IMG/VR virus record: IMGVR_UViG_3300028797_000145
Coordinates: 22,892-86,891 of that record
Source of the DNA: a virus
Lineage: Duplodnaviria; Caudoviricetes
DNA length: 64,000 bases
Reading direction: 5' to 3' (one strand)
The notes below the pieces were generated by a model. The model had not been told where the DNA came from. It did not search any database and worked only from the letters and a program-made list of their open reading frames with translations. How positions within the stretch are numbered: the first letter of the stretch is position 1; each line of letters opens with the position of its first letter. Below, one piece after another: positions 16,727 to 26,780 of the stretch. The translations under genes and the position numbers were made by a program.

Positions 16727-16753
16727 GCATAATAGAAGGTGTTAAATTTGCGA
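16727..16753 (-). promoter_or_regulatory. 27-bp motif P13
   Basis: TCGCA AATTT AACA CCTTC TATTATGC. Confidence 0.75.
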
Positions 16754-16789
16754 ACTGTAAAAATAAAAGGGAATGTTAAACTCACGCTC

Positions 16790-16974
16790 AGTGTAGGAAT
16801 AATGTAGGAATAAACCAAAATATAATACTATTTATTAAATTTAACCGCATCTAAAAGCCCTTATAGTAAGGACAATCCTACATAGATACGGTAGCATTAA
16901 TTCTCTGAATAAGAGAATAATGTTTGCCTAAATATAAGGCTTTGTAGCACCTCTAGTGTAGGAATAATGTAGGA
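16790..16974. repeat. probable attP: identical 20-bp direct repeats AGTGTAGGAATAATGTAGGA (16790-16809, 16955-16974)
   Basis: Each repeat has two TGTAGGA units; inverted unit at 16876-16882; non-coding, AT-rich, near int. Confidence 0.6.
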
Positions 16975-17112
16975 TTACTCACACCCGGACTGCTACGAAA
17001 AGATACTATCCCATTCTAAATAGAATGTCAAGGATCCTTTTCAAATAGTGGACCGACCTGCTTGAGGGATACAAGCCAGCCCACTATTAACGAAAAGGAA
17101 AAAATATATAAA

Positions 17113-17238
17113 TTAAGACAAACCAATCCTGTGGATATGCACATGAGAGTAAAGGCAACAAATTTGTATTCAAATATCTGCTTAGGAGGGTCTTCCCCGT
17201 ATGGGCTACAAGGAGACTTTCAGGAAAGGCTGTCTTAA
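17113..17238 (-). ncRNA. candidate structured RNA (multi-branch fold)
   Basis: Closing stems TTAAGACA/TGTCTTAA and TCCTG/CAGGA enclose further hairpins; family unknown. Confidence 0.3.
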
Positions 17239-17248
17239 CTCCGAAATA

Positions 17249-17662
17249 TCACTCCTCCACCATGAATTTAATAGTGGCGAAGTCCCCGGGAACCATGTCG
17301 AGGTTCTCGATCTCGGTAATACTGATGGTATCAATCTCGACGTCATTCTCAACTAGGCCAAGCTCTTTGAGTTCATTTTGCCAGTCTTCGAGATACTCTG
17401 ATTTAACCTTGCGGATTACTTCACCGGATTCCAGCGTTTCCTCAACAGACTTCTCATCCGTCGAGTACGATGCAATGATGCTGTCTCGCATTGTGTGCAT
17501 CTGCTCAGAAATGGTTGCGAGACGTTTCCTGTTCGTCTCGATCTTCCACAGAAGTTTGATCGAAAGCTTCTTGGAAGGATCTTTTGTATTGCAGATGCTA
17601 TCCGGCGCGTCGAGTTTTGAAATAATTTCTTCAACTTCAATATTAGTAAATTTCTTTGTCAT
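17249..17662 (-). CDS. tail-fibre-associated small protein (DUF1617-like/chaperone)
   Basis: Last late gene; helical; position typical of fibre accessory genes. Confidence 0.45.
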   Translation of the reverse strand: MTKKFTNIEVEEIISKLDAPDSICNTKDPSKKLSIKLLWKIETNRKRLATISEQMHTMRDSIIASYSTDEKSVEETLESGEVIRKVKSEYLEDWQNELKELGLVENDVEIDTISITEIENLDMVPGDFATIKFMVEE

Positions 17663-17726
17663 TATTGTTTTTTCCTTTCTTTTGATTTAAAATAGCTTAA
17701 ATTATGAATATCACCAGGCACGATTT

Positions 17727-17755
17727 ACCCCACCCCGCTGTTCTGAGGTGGGGGT
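17727..17755 (-). terminator. GC-rich hairpin after tail gene 17768..18541
   Basis: ACCCCACC/GGTGGGGGT. Confidence 0.5.
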
Positions 17756-17767
17756 TGCGGTGGTTAG

Positions 17768-18541
17768 TCAAAGGTCAAGGCATACAAGGTGCATGTAAAT
17801 GTTGTACTGATGTGCCGATTCTGCTTGTGCCGTAGTCAAAAAGAAACTGATTGCTGAATCGGTAACATTGTTTAATGATATAAAATTTAACCCCGTGCTG
17901 TATTTCTGTATTGCCGACACAACAAAACCGTTACTCCCTACCCAACCTAGCCCTGTAGGAATGTTTATACTACAACTTGCGTATTTCAAATTACCATACG
18001 CTGATGATACAGCAATGCTGCTTGTTTGAGCAGAAATATATATATCTATAAATCCGCTACGTTGCTGAGAATAAAATACAGCTCTAGACATATTGGTACC
18101 AGCATTACTCGTTACTGTTTTGGTTGTCATATCGTCAGTGCTTTGTACCCAACTTCTAGTAGCGATCGTACTCGTTTCATTTGGAAGTGTTAAGATTCTA
18201 TTGGCGGTCATAGAAGTACTTGGTTTAATATCGCAAGTATAGGCACCACCATTATAAAATCTTAATACACCCACATTAGTTGAAGCTTTGCCAACATATA
18301 ACGTATTGTAGGCATAAACATAATTTGAATAAACTGTATTTATATATCCTTCATAAAACTTTTTATCACTAGTTCCTATCCGACTATAATTTGTATATCC
18401 TGGAACTATGGCATATGAATCACTATAATTGTTGGAATCACCAAGGGATATTTCTCCATAAACAGTAATTCCAGAGTCGGATTTTATACCGCCAATGGCC
18501 CTAATTACTCCAGTCGTTATCAATTCATTTAACTGTGCCAT
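17768..18541 (-). CDS. tail fibre / receptor-binding subunit
   Basis: G/S/T/Y-rich beta-type sequence; TIATRSWVQ fibre motif; context. Confidence 0.6.
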   Translation of the reverse strand: MAQLNELITTGVIRAIGGIKSDSGITVYGEISLGDSNNYSDSYAIVPGYTNYSRIGTSDKKFYEGYINTVYSNYVYAYNTLYVGKASTNVGVLRFYNGGAYTCDIKPSTSMTANRILTLPNETSTIATRSWVQSTDDMTTKTVTSNAGTNMSRAVFYSQQRSGFIDIYISAQTSSIAVSSAYGNLKYASCSINIPTGLGWVGSNGFVVSAIQKYSTGLNFISLNNVTDSAISFFLTTAQAESAHQYNIYMHLVCLDL

Positions 18542-18555
18542 ATCAGAGCTCCTTT

Positions 18556-19269
18556 CTACATTTCGTAAAGATTGTTGCTGTACAAGTCGCCATCTCTTTT
18601 TATAGATATATTTCCAGTATTCTCAATAAAGCATCCCGCTTTCCAAATTCCTGGCTTTAGTACAGTAACTAAATTAGTAGATGATGTGATATCGTACAGT
18701 TTAAAATCTCTTAAATATATGTCTGTTCCTAAAGATCCTGTATCCCAATATTCATAACCAAATTTAAAATCTCTATAGCTCAAATATGTTTCACCAGCTA
18801 CGAATGATGAATACGAAGAAGTACATACTTTGTAAATATCATCATTTATAGTAAAACTGTACTGAAATGGAACCCAAACAGAGGATTGAAAATTTGAAGT
18901 AACAGGATTCGATTGAACTACGTCTGTTGGCGAAGGAGATAATCCTCCTCCTCCCCATCCAGCATTATTGGACCAGTATGTGCTAGATGCGGCGTTGCTT
19001 GATTGCCCTTTAACTTCAAACTTTATCACATATCTGTGTGACTTAACCATGGCATTCGAATCTGCACTGAATGGATTTATTATCAAACCACCCCACATTG
19101 TATTTCCATCATTTGTTGGATTTTTGTTTGGTGGTCTATAAATTCTGTAGCCATCATCCGTAAGGGTTACTTGACAATTGCTTTGTGTATATTTGTTTAG
19201 TCCGTTTGAAAATGATTTATTCCATAAGGCATCATTACATTTTGCTATGATATTATCCATATAAATCAC
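18556..19269 (-). CDS. tail-associated protein, possible carbohydrate-binding beta-sandwich
   Basis: C-terminus similar to that of 19271..21115; context. Confidence 0.55.
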   Translation of the reverse strand: MIYMDNIIAKCNDALWNKSFSNGLNKYTQSNCQVTLTDDGYRIYRPPNKNPTNDGNTMWGGLIINPFSADSNAMVKSHRYVIKFEVKGQSSNAASSTYWSNNAGWGGGGLSPSPTDVVQSNPVTSNFQSSVWVPFQYSFTINDDIYKVCTSSYSSFVAGETYLSYRDFKFGYEYWDTGSLGTDIYLRDFKLYDITSSTNLVTVLKPGIWKAGCFIENTGNISIKRDGDLYSNNLYEM

Positions 19270-19270
19270 C

Positions 19271-21115
19271 TCATACTTCTATAAACTCATACGCGTAACA
19301 ATTGCCTTTATTATCAATAGACGCCGAATTATTATACAGATCTTTAACATCATTTTCGGATAGTGCTGTTACATAAATCCGAAAGTCAGATATATGACTA
19401 TCTTCCAAATATGAACTAGACGAAAATCCATGTCCTACACTAACATAAGTTAATGTCATAGTTCCAGTAGTTTCTTTACTACCTTCATTTACTCCGTTTC
19501 TGTATATTGTTATGTTAGACCCATTATAAACAGCTACAAAATGAGTCCATTTATTTAAAAGACTTTCTGCGGATCCTGCATTGTGTTGATAATAGTATTC
19601 CCCTCCAGGATACTTAAAGCTATTATCTCCATACCAATACCAATCGCTATTTGTTGAACTTGTTGAACGGTTACTCCCGAATACCATTTTTCCAATAGCA
19701 GAGTGTTTTGCCCAAAATGATATAGTATACTCTGAAAATGTTATGCTTGGATTACCAAAAATTCCAGACGATTTAATAAAAAATGTGCAATTAGAATATT
19801 TTATAGAATCTGAATATGTTCTAATACCATTTACTTCTCCATCTTTATTTGCATTATATCCATATCCAGAAGTATCATAAACTGTACTTTCATTTCTAGT
19901 ACCTAAAACATATGGCGTTATATGATCTTTTCCTTCTTCTAAAGACCAACATCCAACCCAATAATTTACATTAGAATTGGGATAGGCATAAAAATATAAC
20001 TGAACAGAATTCGTTGTTGAAGAGGACGTAAATACACCCCAACATCTGTACCATCCATTTCCAAGATATTGCCTCCTATCTGCACTATATACACCGGCTT
20101 CTGTTATTTTAGTACCAGGACTACTAGGAGTTCCAGTATACTCATACCTATACAAAAAATTAGCGGTTTGTGTGGAAAAATTATCGCTAGTTTTAATATA
20201 TGCAGAATAACAATATGTCGTGGATGGTTTAATTGTTCTATTATCAAACCTGATGCCAAATCCACCTCCACCGGAAGTGTAAGTACACTGAATTTCACCA
20301 AGTGAGTCTGTTGGTATTGGATCATTAGTGCTGTCATAATCAACCACTATTGCGGAATGACCACCCCATCCAGAAGGGGACGATTGAGAAGGAAATCTTG
20401 TTACAGGAACTACATTAGACGTATTTTCAATGTATTGATCATTAAGAGGATAATGTATTAATAAACCTTTTGATAATTCTTTAATCTCCCTAGGAGAAAG
20501 CTCATTATCATAAAGTCTTACATCATTTAATTTGCAGACTGGCCTATAATTGCTATTATCACTCCATGTAGTTGACCAATTAAATAGATCGAATGGGCTA
20601 CTTGCCGATGCATTTTCATATCCGGTCAAAGTATACTCGACTAACCCATTAACCCATAACTTCAATACCTTTGACAATTTGTTATATGTAAGAGCTAAAT
20701 GACACCATTTATCTTTAATATTAGTAGTACCATAATAAGACATAAAAGTTCTAGAAGAACCATTTCCGGTGTTACAACTTATTCTATAATCTGAATCTGA
20801 AACTTGCTTTACAGTTATACCAACCCCGGTATTATTAGAATGATTGTGGTTTGTTATAAGCCCATTTGCTGTATCACCTATTGTTGCTGATACATAAGCC
20901 CAACAAGCCATTGTTATATCACCAGATAAAGTGAAGTTTATAGAACTTCTAAATAAATCAGAATATGCCGATGCTGTTCTTTCATAGCATTTTCCAATCT
21001 TTCCATTATTATTTGCTGATAACTTTCCATTATTATTTACATACGAAAAAGATACATCTGATATTCCTTGATTATTTAAATTCCCTAAAAGAGGAAGCCA
21101 TACTAATAAACTCAT
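19271..21115 (-). CDS. LamG/concanavalin A-like lectin domain tail protein (two LamG plus central CBM-like domain)
   Basis: WCHLALTY..LKLWVNG..LNDVRLYDNELS and WTHFVAVY..IYRNG..ISDFRIYVTALS. Confidence 0.85.
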   Translation of the reverse strand: MSLLVWLPLLGNLNNQGISDVSFSYVNNNGKLSANNNGKIGKCYERTASAYSDLFRSSINFTLSGDITMACWAYVSATIGDTANGLITNHNHSNNTGVGITVKQVSDSDYRISCNTGNGSSRTFMSYYGTTNIKDKWCHLALTYNKLSKVLKLWVNGLVEYTLTGYENASASSPFDLFNWSTTWSDNSNYRPVCKLNDVRLYDNELSPREIKELSKGLLIHYPLNDQYIENTSNVVPVTRFPSQSSPSGWGGHSAIVVDYDSTNDPIPTDSLGEIQCTYTSGGGGFGIRFDNRTIKPSTTYCYSAYIKTSDNFSTQTANFLYRYEYTGTPSSPGTKITEAGVYSADRRQYLGNGWYRCWGVFTSSSTTNSVQLYFYAYPNSNVNYWVGCWSLEEGKDHITPYVLGTRNESTVYDTSGYGYNANKDGEVNGIRTYSDSIKYSNCTFFIKSSGIFGNPSITFSEYTISFWAKHSAIGKMVFGSNRSTSSTNSDWYWYGDNSFKYPGGEYYYQHNAGSAESLLNKWTHFVAVYNGSNITIYRNGVNEGSKETTGTMTLTYVSVGHGFSSSSYLEDSHISDFRIYVTALSENDVKDLYNNSASIDNKGNCYAYEFIEV

Positions 21116-21135
21116 TAATATAACCTCCTTCTTTC

Positions 21136-22833
21136 CTAAGATACAAACTGAAAATCAACAGAATTCGTTGTCGAATTAAACACCATTCGTGCTCCGGATG
21201 TGTTTGCGGTATTTCCTCCGATAGTTACGGAGCCGCTTAATACTAAGTCGCCGTTAGTAGCATACACCCCGCTATTTGAATACGTCTGAGGATTAGCTGA
21301 TTGCCCAGTAGCACCGATCAAAAATAATTTACTTGTTGAATTAGTTGAACCGGCCGTGTTTTTGGTATCAGATGGTGTTGCCCAGGTTCCATCTTTTTTA
21401 AGAAACGTCGAACCACTACTAGCAATACCAAGTTTTCCCTTAATATAATTGTATAATTTACTAACAGGCCTTCTATGATAAGTAACTGTTGTGGTACCGC
21501 CATTAGCATATTGCGAAACATAGTAATCACCATCGACTGGATCTGCATCTCCGGTTGTCAAACCATTAATCAAATCGGAGAGTGTGAATGACTGAGCAGT
21601 TCCACTAGAAGGTGTTAAGGTTACTGTCTGGGAATTACGAGTCATAGAATACGTAGTATTTGTCCACGGCACATTAACGCTCAAATATCCGCTCTTATCC
21701 AAAGCTACGGGATAAATTCGTCCGCTAGTCTCCGTAGCAGCTGCAGAATCATTAGTCAACTTTGTGAATGAGCGAAGATTCGTTTTGATTGTGCCTGATG
21801 TAGTTATAGCTGATCCGGAAGCCGTGATAAGGCCATCACCAGCCGCAACATTTGTGACGGTTCCACTTGGCTCATCACCAGAAGGAATCATTTCCCAAGT
21901 ATTGGCGGACGAAGTCTTACCATTGCATATGAATGTATCACCGACTTTTGCTGCAGTCCCTGCATAAGTACCAGCAGTAATGACTTTGTATGTGTCACCA
22001 ATAGTTGCTGTGCCATCCACGGGAAGAGCAGTAACAGTACCACCAGTTCCAACAGTACCTTTAAATACCATCGGTTTTGGAAGGTTCTCGATCCATGTAG
22101 CATGATCAGAGATTGCGGATTGGAGAATGGTATCAATACGACCTACCCAAGTTGCTAACCCAATTGTCGATGGGATTGTCTCCGCGACAACGATCTCATG
22201 ATCAACCATTGAATAGGTACGGTCATGAATATTAGAAGGACTGACTATATTACCAATCCACGTTTTATGATCGTAAATGGCTGAACTAAGTATTGTTTCA
22301 ATCTCGCCAACCCAAGTTGGAACCGATATCAGATTACTTTTAGTGATATAGGTGATACTATGATCATCCATTGAATAGGTACGATCATATACGGTAGTTC
22401 CATCAACAATGCCTTGAAAAGCACTACCGTCATACAAATAGCATGCTTTTGAATTCTTATCAAAATATACGCAATCCTTCTTACCAATAATCTCGCCAGT
22501 ACCAGAAGTTACTAAATAGTATTTTGAACCATCCCACATATACCATAAACTATCGTCCGTTGCATAATACAGAGTATCAGCTGCTGGAGTAGCGACAGAA
22601 TAAGGAATCATTTTGGTGACAAAAGTAGTGTCATCTGCCAGAAACAACCCTACAACAACCGGATATTCATAAAACTTTCCGTCGTAATAATATCCTTCTG
22701 TTACTTTATTACCTACCTCGTATATTGTTCCATCAATTCCAACCTTTTCAAGTTGGCCGGTAGCCGAACTTTGCGGGTTAGGTGTTACTGCGGATCCAGT
22801 ATATGAGTTTCCGCCGTGCATTATTACACCCAT
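21136..22833 (-). CDS. tail fibre protein with internal ~50-aa duplication
   Basis: FKGTV, GDTY, GTVTNV and DTKNTAGST fibre motifs. Confidence 0.75.
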   Translation of the reverse strand: MGVIMHGGNSYTGSAVTPNPQSSATGQLEKVGIDGTIYEVGNKVTEGYYYDGKFYEYPVVVGLFLADDTTFVTKMIPYSVATPAADTLYYATDDSLWYMWDGSKYYLVTSGTGEIIGKKDCVYFDKNSKACYLYDGSAFQGIVDGTTVYDRTYSMDDHSITYITKSNLISVPTWVGEIETILSSAIYDHKTWIGNIVSPSNIHDRTYSMVDHEIVVAETIPSTIGLATWVGRIDTILQSAISDHATWIENLPKPMVFKGTVGTGGTVTALPVDGTATIGDTYKVITAGTYAGTAAKVGDTFICNGKTSSANTWEMIPSGDEPSGTVTNVAAGDGLITASGSAITTSGTIKTNLRSFTKLTNDSAAATETSGRIYPVALDKSGYLSVNVPWTNTTYSMTRNSQTVTLTPSSGTAQSFTLSDLINGLTTGDADPVDGDYYVSQYANGGTTTVTYHRRPVSKLYNYIKGKLGIASSGSTFLKKDGTWATPSDTKNTAGSTNSTSKLFLIGATGQSANPQTYSNSGVYATNGDLVLSGSVTIGGNTANTSGARMVFNSTTNSVDFQFVS

Positions 22834-22862
22834 AAATATAACCTCCTCTTAATAGAACAATA

Positions 22863-23888
22863 TTAGATCAGAGTGTATAGTTTCATGCCGAAGAAAGTCG
22901 CGTTATTGCCAGAAGTTTTATCTGGAGATTTATAGTGATACCATCTAACTCCATAAACTTCTTGATGTACGGCTACCTCAAATACATTTATTGGGTATGG
23001 TAGACTTCTAGTAATCAGCAAATCCTCTACATCAATCCATTGACCACCTTGAGATGTTTGAATTTGTAATGTAAACGTCAGTAATTCATTTTGATACTCA
23101 TACCGACCAATCCACAACTTAACCTTACTAAGATTAATAGGATTTGCCAATTCATAACCGCCATAGGCATATCGCTGATCTTCGTATTCGTAATAGCTAG
23201 CGTAATTACTACTCCAACCCTCGATCATATACTGAGTGTAATCGTTGGTTAAAGCGTCATAGATCTTCGTTCCGTCATTACCGAAATGATGTTCTGTATC
23301 ATAGATTGGAGTGTCATTGGAAGTGTTGTACTCCTGAGTCGGCTTATCAACCGTATTAAATACGTACCAGTTTCCTCCAGATTTGGTATATATCTTTATG
23401 TCATACTCAGCATCTTGGGTATAAATATTACCATTATCACCAAGGCTACTATCTGGAACCGTGGTACCATAGAATGTTCCACCACCTCCTCCACCAGTTC
23501 CGCCCCCACCAGAGGCATTGCTGATGAAGTAAAATGTGTTTGGATCGTTTTTCTCATTTTGAGACAAAGCATCATACTCGTCTTGAGTAACGGTTTTGTA
23601 GATCTTAAGATCTTCAGTACTCTTATCACCTTTCAAATCAACGCCGTTAACCGAAGCAGGTGTACCAACTTCCTCCCAATTGGCAAGGACAGTATAGTCC
23701 AATGCTGTGAGACGGTATTTCTTATTCTCTGCCACAACGTATGTTTCCATACCGACATAAGCATAAGGAAATGCGCCGCTCGTAGTCAGATCGGACTTAG
23801 CAGGTACTATGGATCTTGCATCCATGGGTGCCCCAGCAAGCATCTCAATGTTAGCTGACAGGCTGTATGTTCCTTTTGTCCTTGCCAT
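22863..23888 (-). CDS. tail fibre adaptor/adhesin with C-terminal discoidin-like domain
   Basis: N-terminus paralogous to 23912..25366; VTQDEYDAL module; Gly linker. Confidence 0.65.
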   Translation of the reverse strand: MARTKGTYSLSANIEMLAGAPMDARSIVPAKSDLTTSGAFPYAYVGMETYVVAENKKYRLTALDYTVLANWEEVGTPASVNGVDLKGDKSTEDLKIYKTVTQDEYDALSQNEKNDPNTFYFISNASGGGGTGGGGGGTFYGTTVPDSSLGDNGNIYTQDAEYDIKIYTKSGGNWYVFNTVDKPTQEYNTSNDTPIYDTEHHFGNDGTKIYDALTNDYTQYMIEGWSSNYASYYEYEDQRYAYGGYELANPINLSKVKLWIGRYEYQNELLTFTLQIQTSQGGQWIDVEDLLITRSLPYPINVFEVAVHQEVYGVRWYHYKSPDKTSGNNATFFGMKLYTLI

Positions 23889-23911
23889 GGTTTCTCTCCT
23901 TTAAAATATCA

Positions 23912-25366
23912 TCAGGACCACTTGATCCTAATCTCTCTGCTACCCATAGCATAGCCAAGGTTGCAGGTGTAACGATCGTAAGACGTAGAATTGCCGCCAG
24001 CATCATCATGGGTTACCGTAGTCTTTGTAAACTCGGTAGAGCAATTCTCCCACTGATTGCTGAGCGTATTCTTAACATCGATATTGGTTACAGTCCAACT
24101 GGACGGTACGTCAAACACTTCCGGATACGTAACAGTGGTAGGCGGAAATACGAAAATATACTCTTTTGCCGAAGCAGAAACAAGACTATTCTTCGCAATT
24201 GTTCCAACTGCTGCAGTGTTACTCCACAAAGCATTAACAAACTCGTACTCGAATGCAGAAGAAGTAACAGATCCAGCACTCAAAGGTGAACTGTAGTCAT
24301 TTCCAACACTGTCCTTAGGCTGCTCACCCTGGGAATAGTTGATTTCAACAGTAAAGCTGTTATTCTGCTCGGTTACGGTCTCAGTAAAGGTATTACCAGC
24401 CTGAGCGGAACCGCCATTCAATGCATAATCGGTAGCCGGGCCAGATCTATATCCGCTTGTGCCATATGCAGGGGTGATACCACCTCTGTTGAGTGTTGCA
24501 GTCAGAGTAACGCTGACACTATCACCCTTCTCCAGAAGCTGATCACCGGTTCCGGTAAGCTGAGCAGAAGGATTTGTAAGTACAGGATACTCAATCGGAT
24601 TAAGCATGTCTCTGAACAGAGTCTCGAAAGGTGTTCCCTGTGCATAAGTAGCACCAGCACTAATGCCACCGGTTGTCTTTGTTACGTTCAGCTGAGCATC
24701 CAGCTTATCGTCAGCATCGGCCTGGGTGTTCTTTGCAACCCAATGGTACGTTCCAGGAGTCTGAGTATCCTCCATACACTCATACCAATAGCCATTGATA
24801 AGAGTGGGCGGATTGTCCTGACCAACATACATCAAGATCTGGCCAGCATGATCGACATCTGCTGTCGGAAGGGTGTCTACCTGCAAAAGAGGCTGATAGC
24901 CTTCGAGATTACCGGTGTATACATCGTGCTGGTATACTGGTGTAACATTATCTCCGGTATTAACGATTGCTACATCGGTACCGGCCGGATAGTTATGGCC
25001 GCTGCCTTCTACGAATGTGTTATCGGTCGTAAATGCGTCGGTAACGTTATACACAAAGCCAACTCTAGCAGCAGCCGCTGCCGGTAAGTTAGCAAATGCC
25101 ACATTACCTGCAAACTGGAAGATCTGAGAATCGGTAGCTGTGCCATCTTCTCTCCAGTTAGCTAATACGGTGGGATCAGATCCGATCAGGGTGTATCGCT
25201 TAAGCTCGTCCTCGCAGAAAACCTGCATACCGATGTAGTAATACTGGAAAGTACCTACTGCGGTAAGATCTGTTTTGAGCTTTACGGTTTGTCTAGCGTC
25301 AAGAGGAGCACTCACCAATGGCTCCAGTGTGCCTGCTAATGAAAAACTACCTTTTGTTCTTGCCAT
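23912..25366 (-). CDS. tail-associated protein
   Basis: N-terminus shared with 22863..23888, C-terminus with 25382..26395. Confidence 0.7.
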   Translation of the reverse strand: MARTKGSFSLAGTLEPLVSAPLDARQTVKLKTDLTAVGTFQYYYIGMQVFCEDELKRYTLIGSDPTVLANWREDGTATDSQIFQFAGNVAFANLPAAAAARVGFVYNVTDAFTTDNTFVEGSGHNYPAGTDVAIVNTGDNVTPVYQHDVYTGNLEGYQPLLQVDTLPTADVDHAGQILMYVGQDNPPTLINGYWYECMEDTQTPGTYHWVAKNTQADADDKLDAQLNVTKTTGGISAGATYAQGTPFETLFRDMLNPIEYPVLTNPSAQLTGTGDQLLEKGDSVSVTLTATLNRGGITPAYGTSGYRSGPATDYALNGGSAQAGNTFTETVTEQNNSFTVEINYSQGEQPKDSVGNDYSSPLSAGSVTSSAFEYEFVNALWSNTAAVGTIAKNSLVSASAKEYIFVFPPTTVTYPEVFDVPSSWTVTNIDVKNTLSNQWENCSTEFTKTTVTHDDAGGNSTSYDRYTCNLGYAMGSREIRIKWS

Positions 25367-25381
25367 TTTGAATTCTCCTCC

Positions 25382-26395
25382 TTAACTCCAAGTGATTCGA
25401 ATAGTTCTCGAACCTGCAGAGTAACCTCTGTTGTCTGTGTATCTCTTGTAGGCGGTAGAAGTTCCGCCAGCGTCATCGTGTGCTGTATTTGAAATATCAA
25501 ACTCTCCAGCGACATCTTCCCAAGCCCCGCTCAGAGTATTTAGTACCTCAATAGTACTTACATTCCAAGTAGCAGGAACGTCAAAGACTTCGGGATTCGA
25601 AACGGTCTGTTCCGGGAATACAAATTCCTTAACTCCTGCCGACTTGCTCACAAGCGGAAGCTTAGCAATTGTCTGAATATTGCCAGTGTTAGCCCACAAA
25701 GCATTAACAAACTCGTATGTTACGATTGGCGAATTGACTGTACCAGCCGGAAGAGGCGAGTCATAGTCTTCTCCAATACTGTTCTTGGGTTGCTCACCTG
25801 CAGAGTAATCGACAGTTCCCTGAAGAGTATTATCTTGTTCCGTTATTGTATAGAAAAACGAGTTGTTAGCCTGACCAGGACCGCCATTCAGATAATACAT
25901 TGTTGCGGGACCAGATCTGTAACCACTCGTTCCGTATGCCGGATTAATTAATCCTCTGTTGAAAGAAATAGACACTACTGTACTGAGAGTGCTACCCTTT
26001 TCGAGGAGCTTATCCCCAGTAGCGACCACAACAGCGCTCGGGTTGATGAGTCTCGGGTAATCGATGGGATTTAGCATATCTCGAATAATAGTTTCGAGCA
26101 TCGTGCCTTGTTCGTATTCGTCACCGGAGTTAACACCACCAACCGTCCGAGTAGCTGTTAGGTCGTCTTTAAGGACTTCAATGTCCAACTCTGGGGAAAG
26201 CATATCGCCTTTCAACTCATGACCGTTAATAGTCATTTTGTTGTAATAGGCTTTTGCAATCTCCACATCACCTTCAACCTGGCCGTCAGCTTCGATGTCA
26301 CCTTCAACTTCTCCTTGAGAAGAAATATCTCCGTCAAGTTCGTTGATAGGTGTAACATCGCCAGATAAGGAGTCGAGCATATCATTACGATCCAT
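25382..26395 (-). CDS. tail-associated protein, probable start MDRND at 26395
   Basis: Acidic G-x-I/V repeats then domain paralogous to 23912..25366. Confidence 0.7.
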   Translation of the reverse strand: MDRNDMLDSLSGDVTPINELDGDISSQGEVEGDIEADGQVEGDVEIAKAYYNKMTINGHELKGDMLSPELDIEVLKDDLTATRTVGGVNSGDEYEQGTMLETIIRDMLNPIDYPRLINPSAVVVATGDKLLEKGSTLSTVVSISFNRGLINPAYGTSGYRSGPATMYYLNGGPGQANNSFFYTITEQDNTLQGTVDYSAGEQPKNSIGEDYDSPLPAGTVNSPIVTYEFVNALWANTGNIQTIAKLPLVSKSAGVKEFVFPEQTVSNPEVFDVPATWNVSTIEVLNTLSGAWEDVAGEFDISNTAHDDAGGTSTAYKRYTDNRGYSAGSRTIRITWS

Positions 26396-26756
26396 GTGTC
26401 TCCAACTCCTTTCCCATGCTGAACGGCTGGTTCTCAATAAATGTCGAATGGAAGTCGTCCGAGGTAATCAACTCAAACTCGTACCGGTATTCCTTGAATT
26501 CACAAGTCTCCGTGTCAACGGGTTCGAGGAAGAGAATGGCTTTGTTGTTCTCGAGATCGATACTTGCTTCTTTCTCGCAATGTACAGTGATCGAATCTTC
26601 AGCTTTTCTCTTAAGACGGAAGACAATCCTATCTCCATCTTGGAGTTCATACGGAACCTTCTCTCCGGTTGTCTCATCTTTTACCTTGGGCACCACCTGA
26701 ATCCTAGCGGAGTCGCCTCTTGTCATATAAATTTTCAAACCGTCTATTGTTAACAT
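26385..26756 (-). CDS. BppU-like baseplate upper protein N-terminal domain
   Basis: IYMTRGDS; LEPVDT...EYRYEFELIT. Confidence 0.6.
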   Translation of the reverse strand: MLTIDGLKIYMTRGDSARIQVVPKVKDETTGEKVPYELQDGDRIVFRLKRKAEDSITVHCEKEASIDLENNKAILFLEPVDTETCEFKEYRYEFELITSDDFHSTFIENQPFSMGKELETHGS

Positions 26757-26780
26757 GATGTACCTCCGCTTTTATTTTGA

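Noticed and set aside
16790-16974. Direct repeats as a mini-CRISPR array
   Set aside because: Only two 20-bp copies, ~145 bp apart, non-palindromic, with no cas genes. They fit integrase arm sites better.
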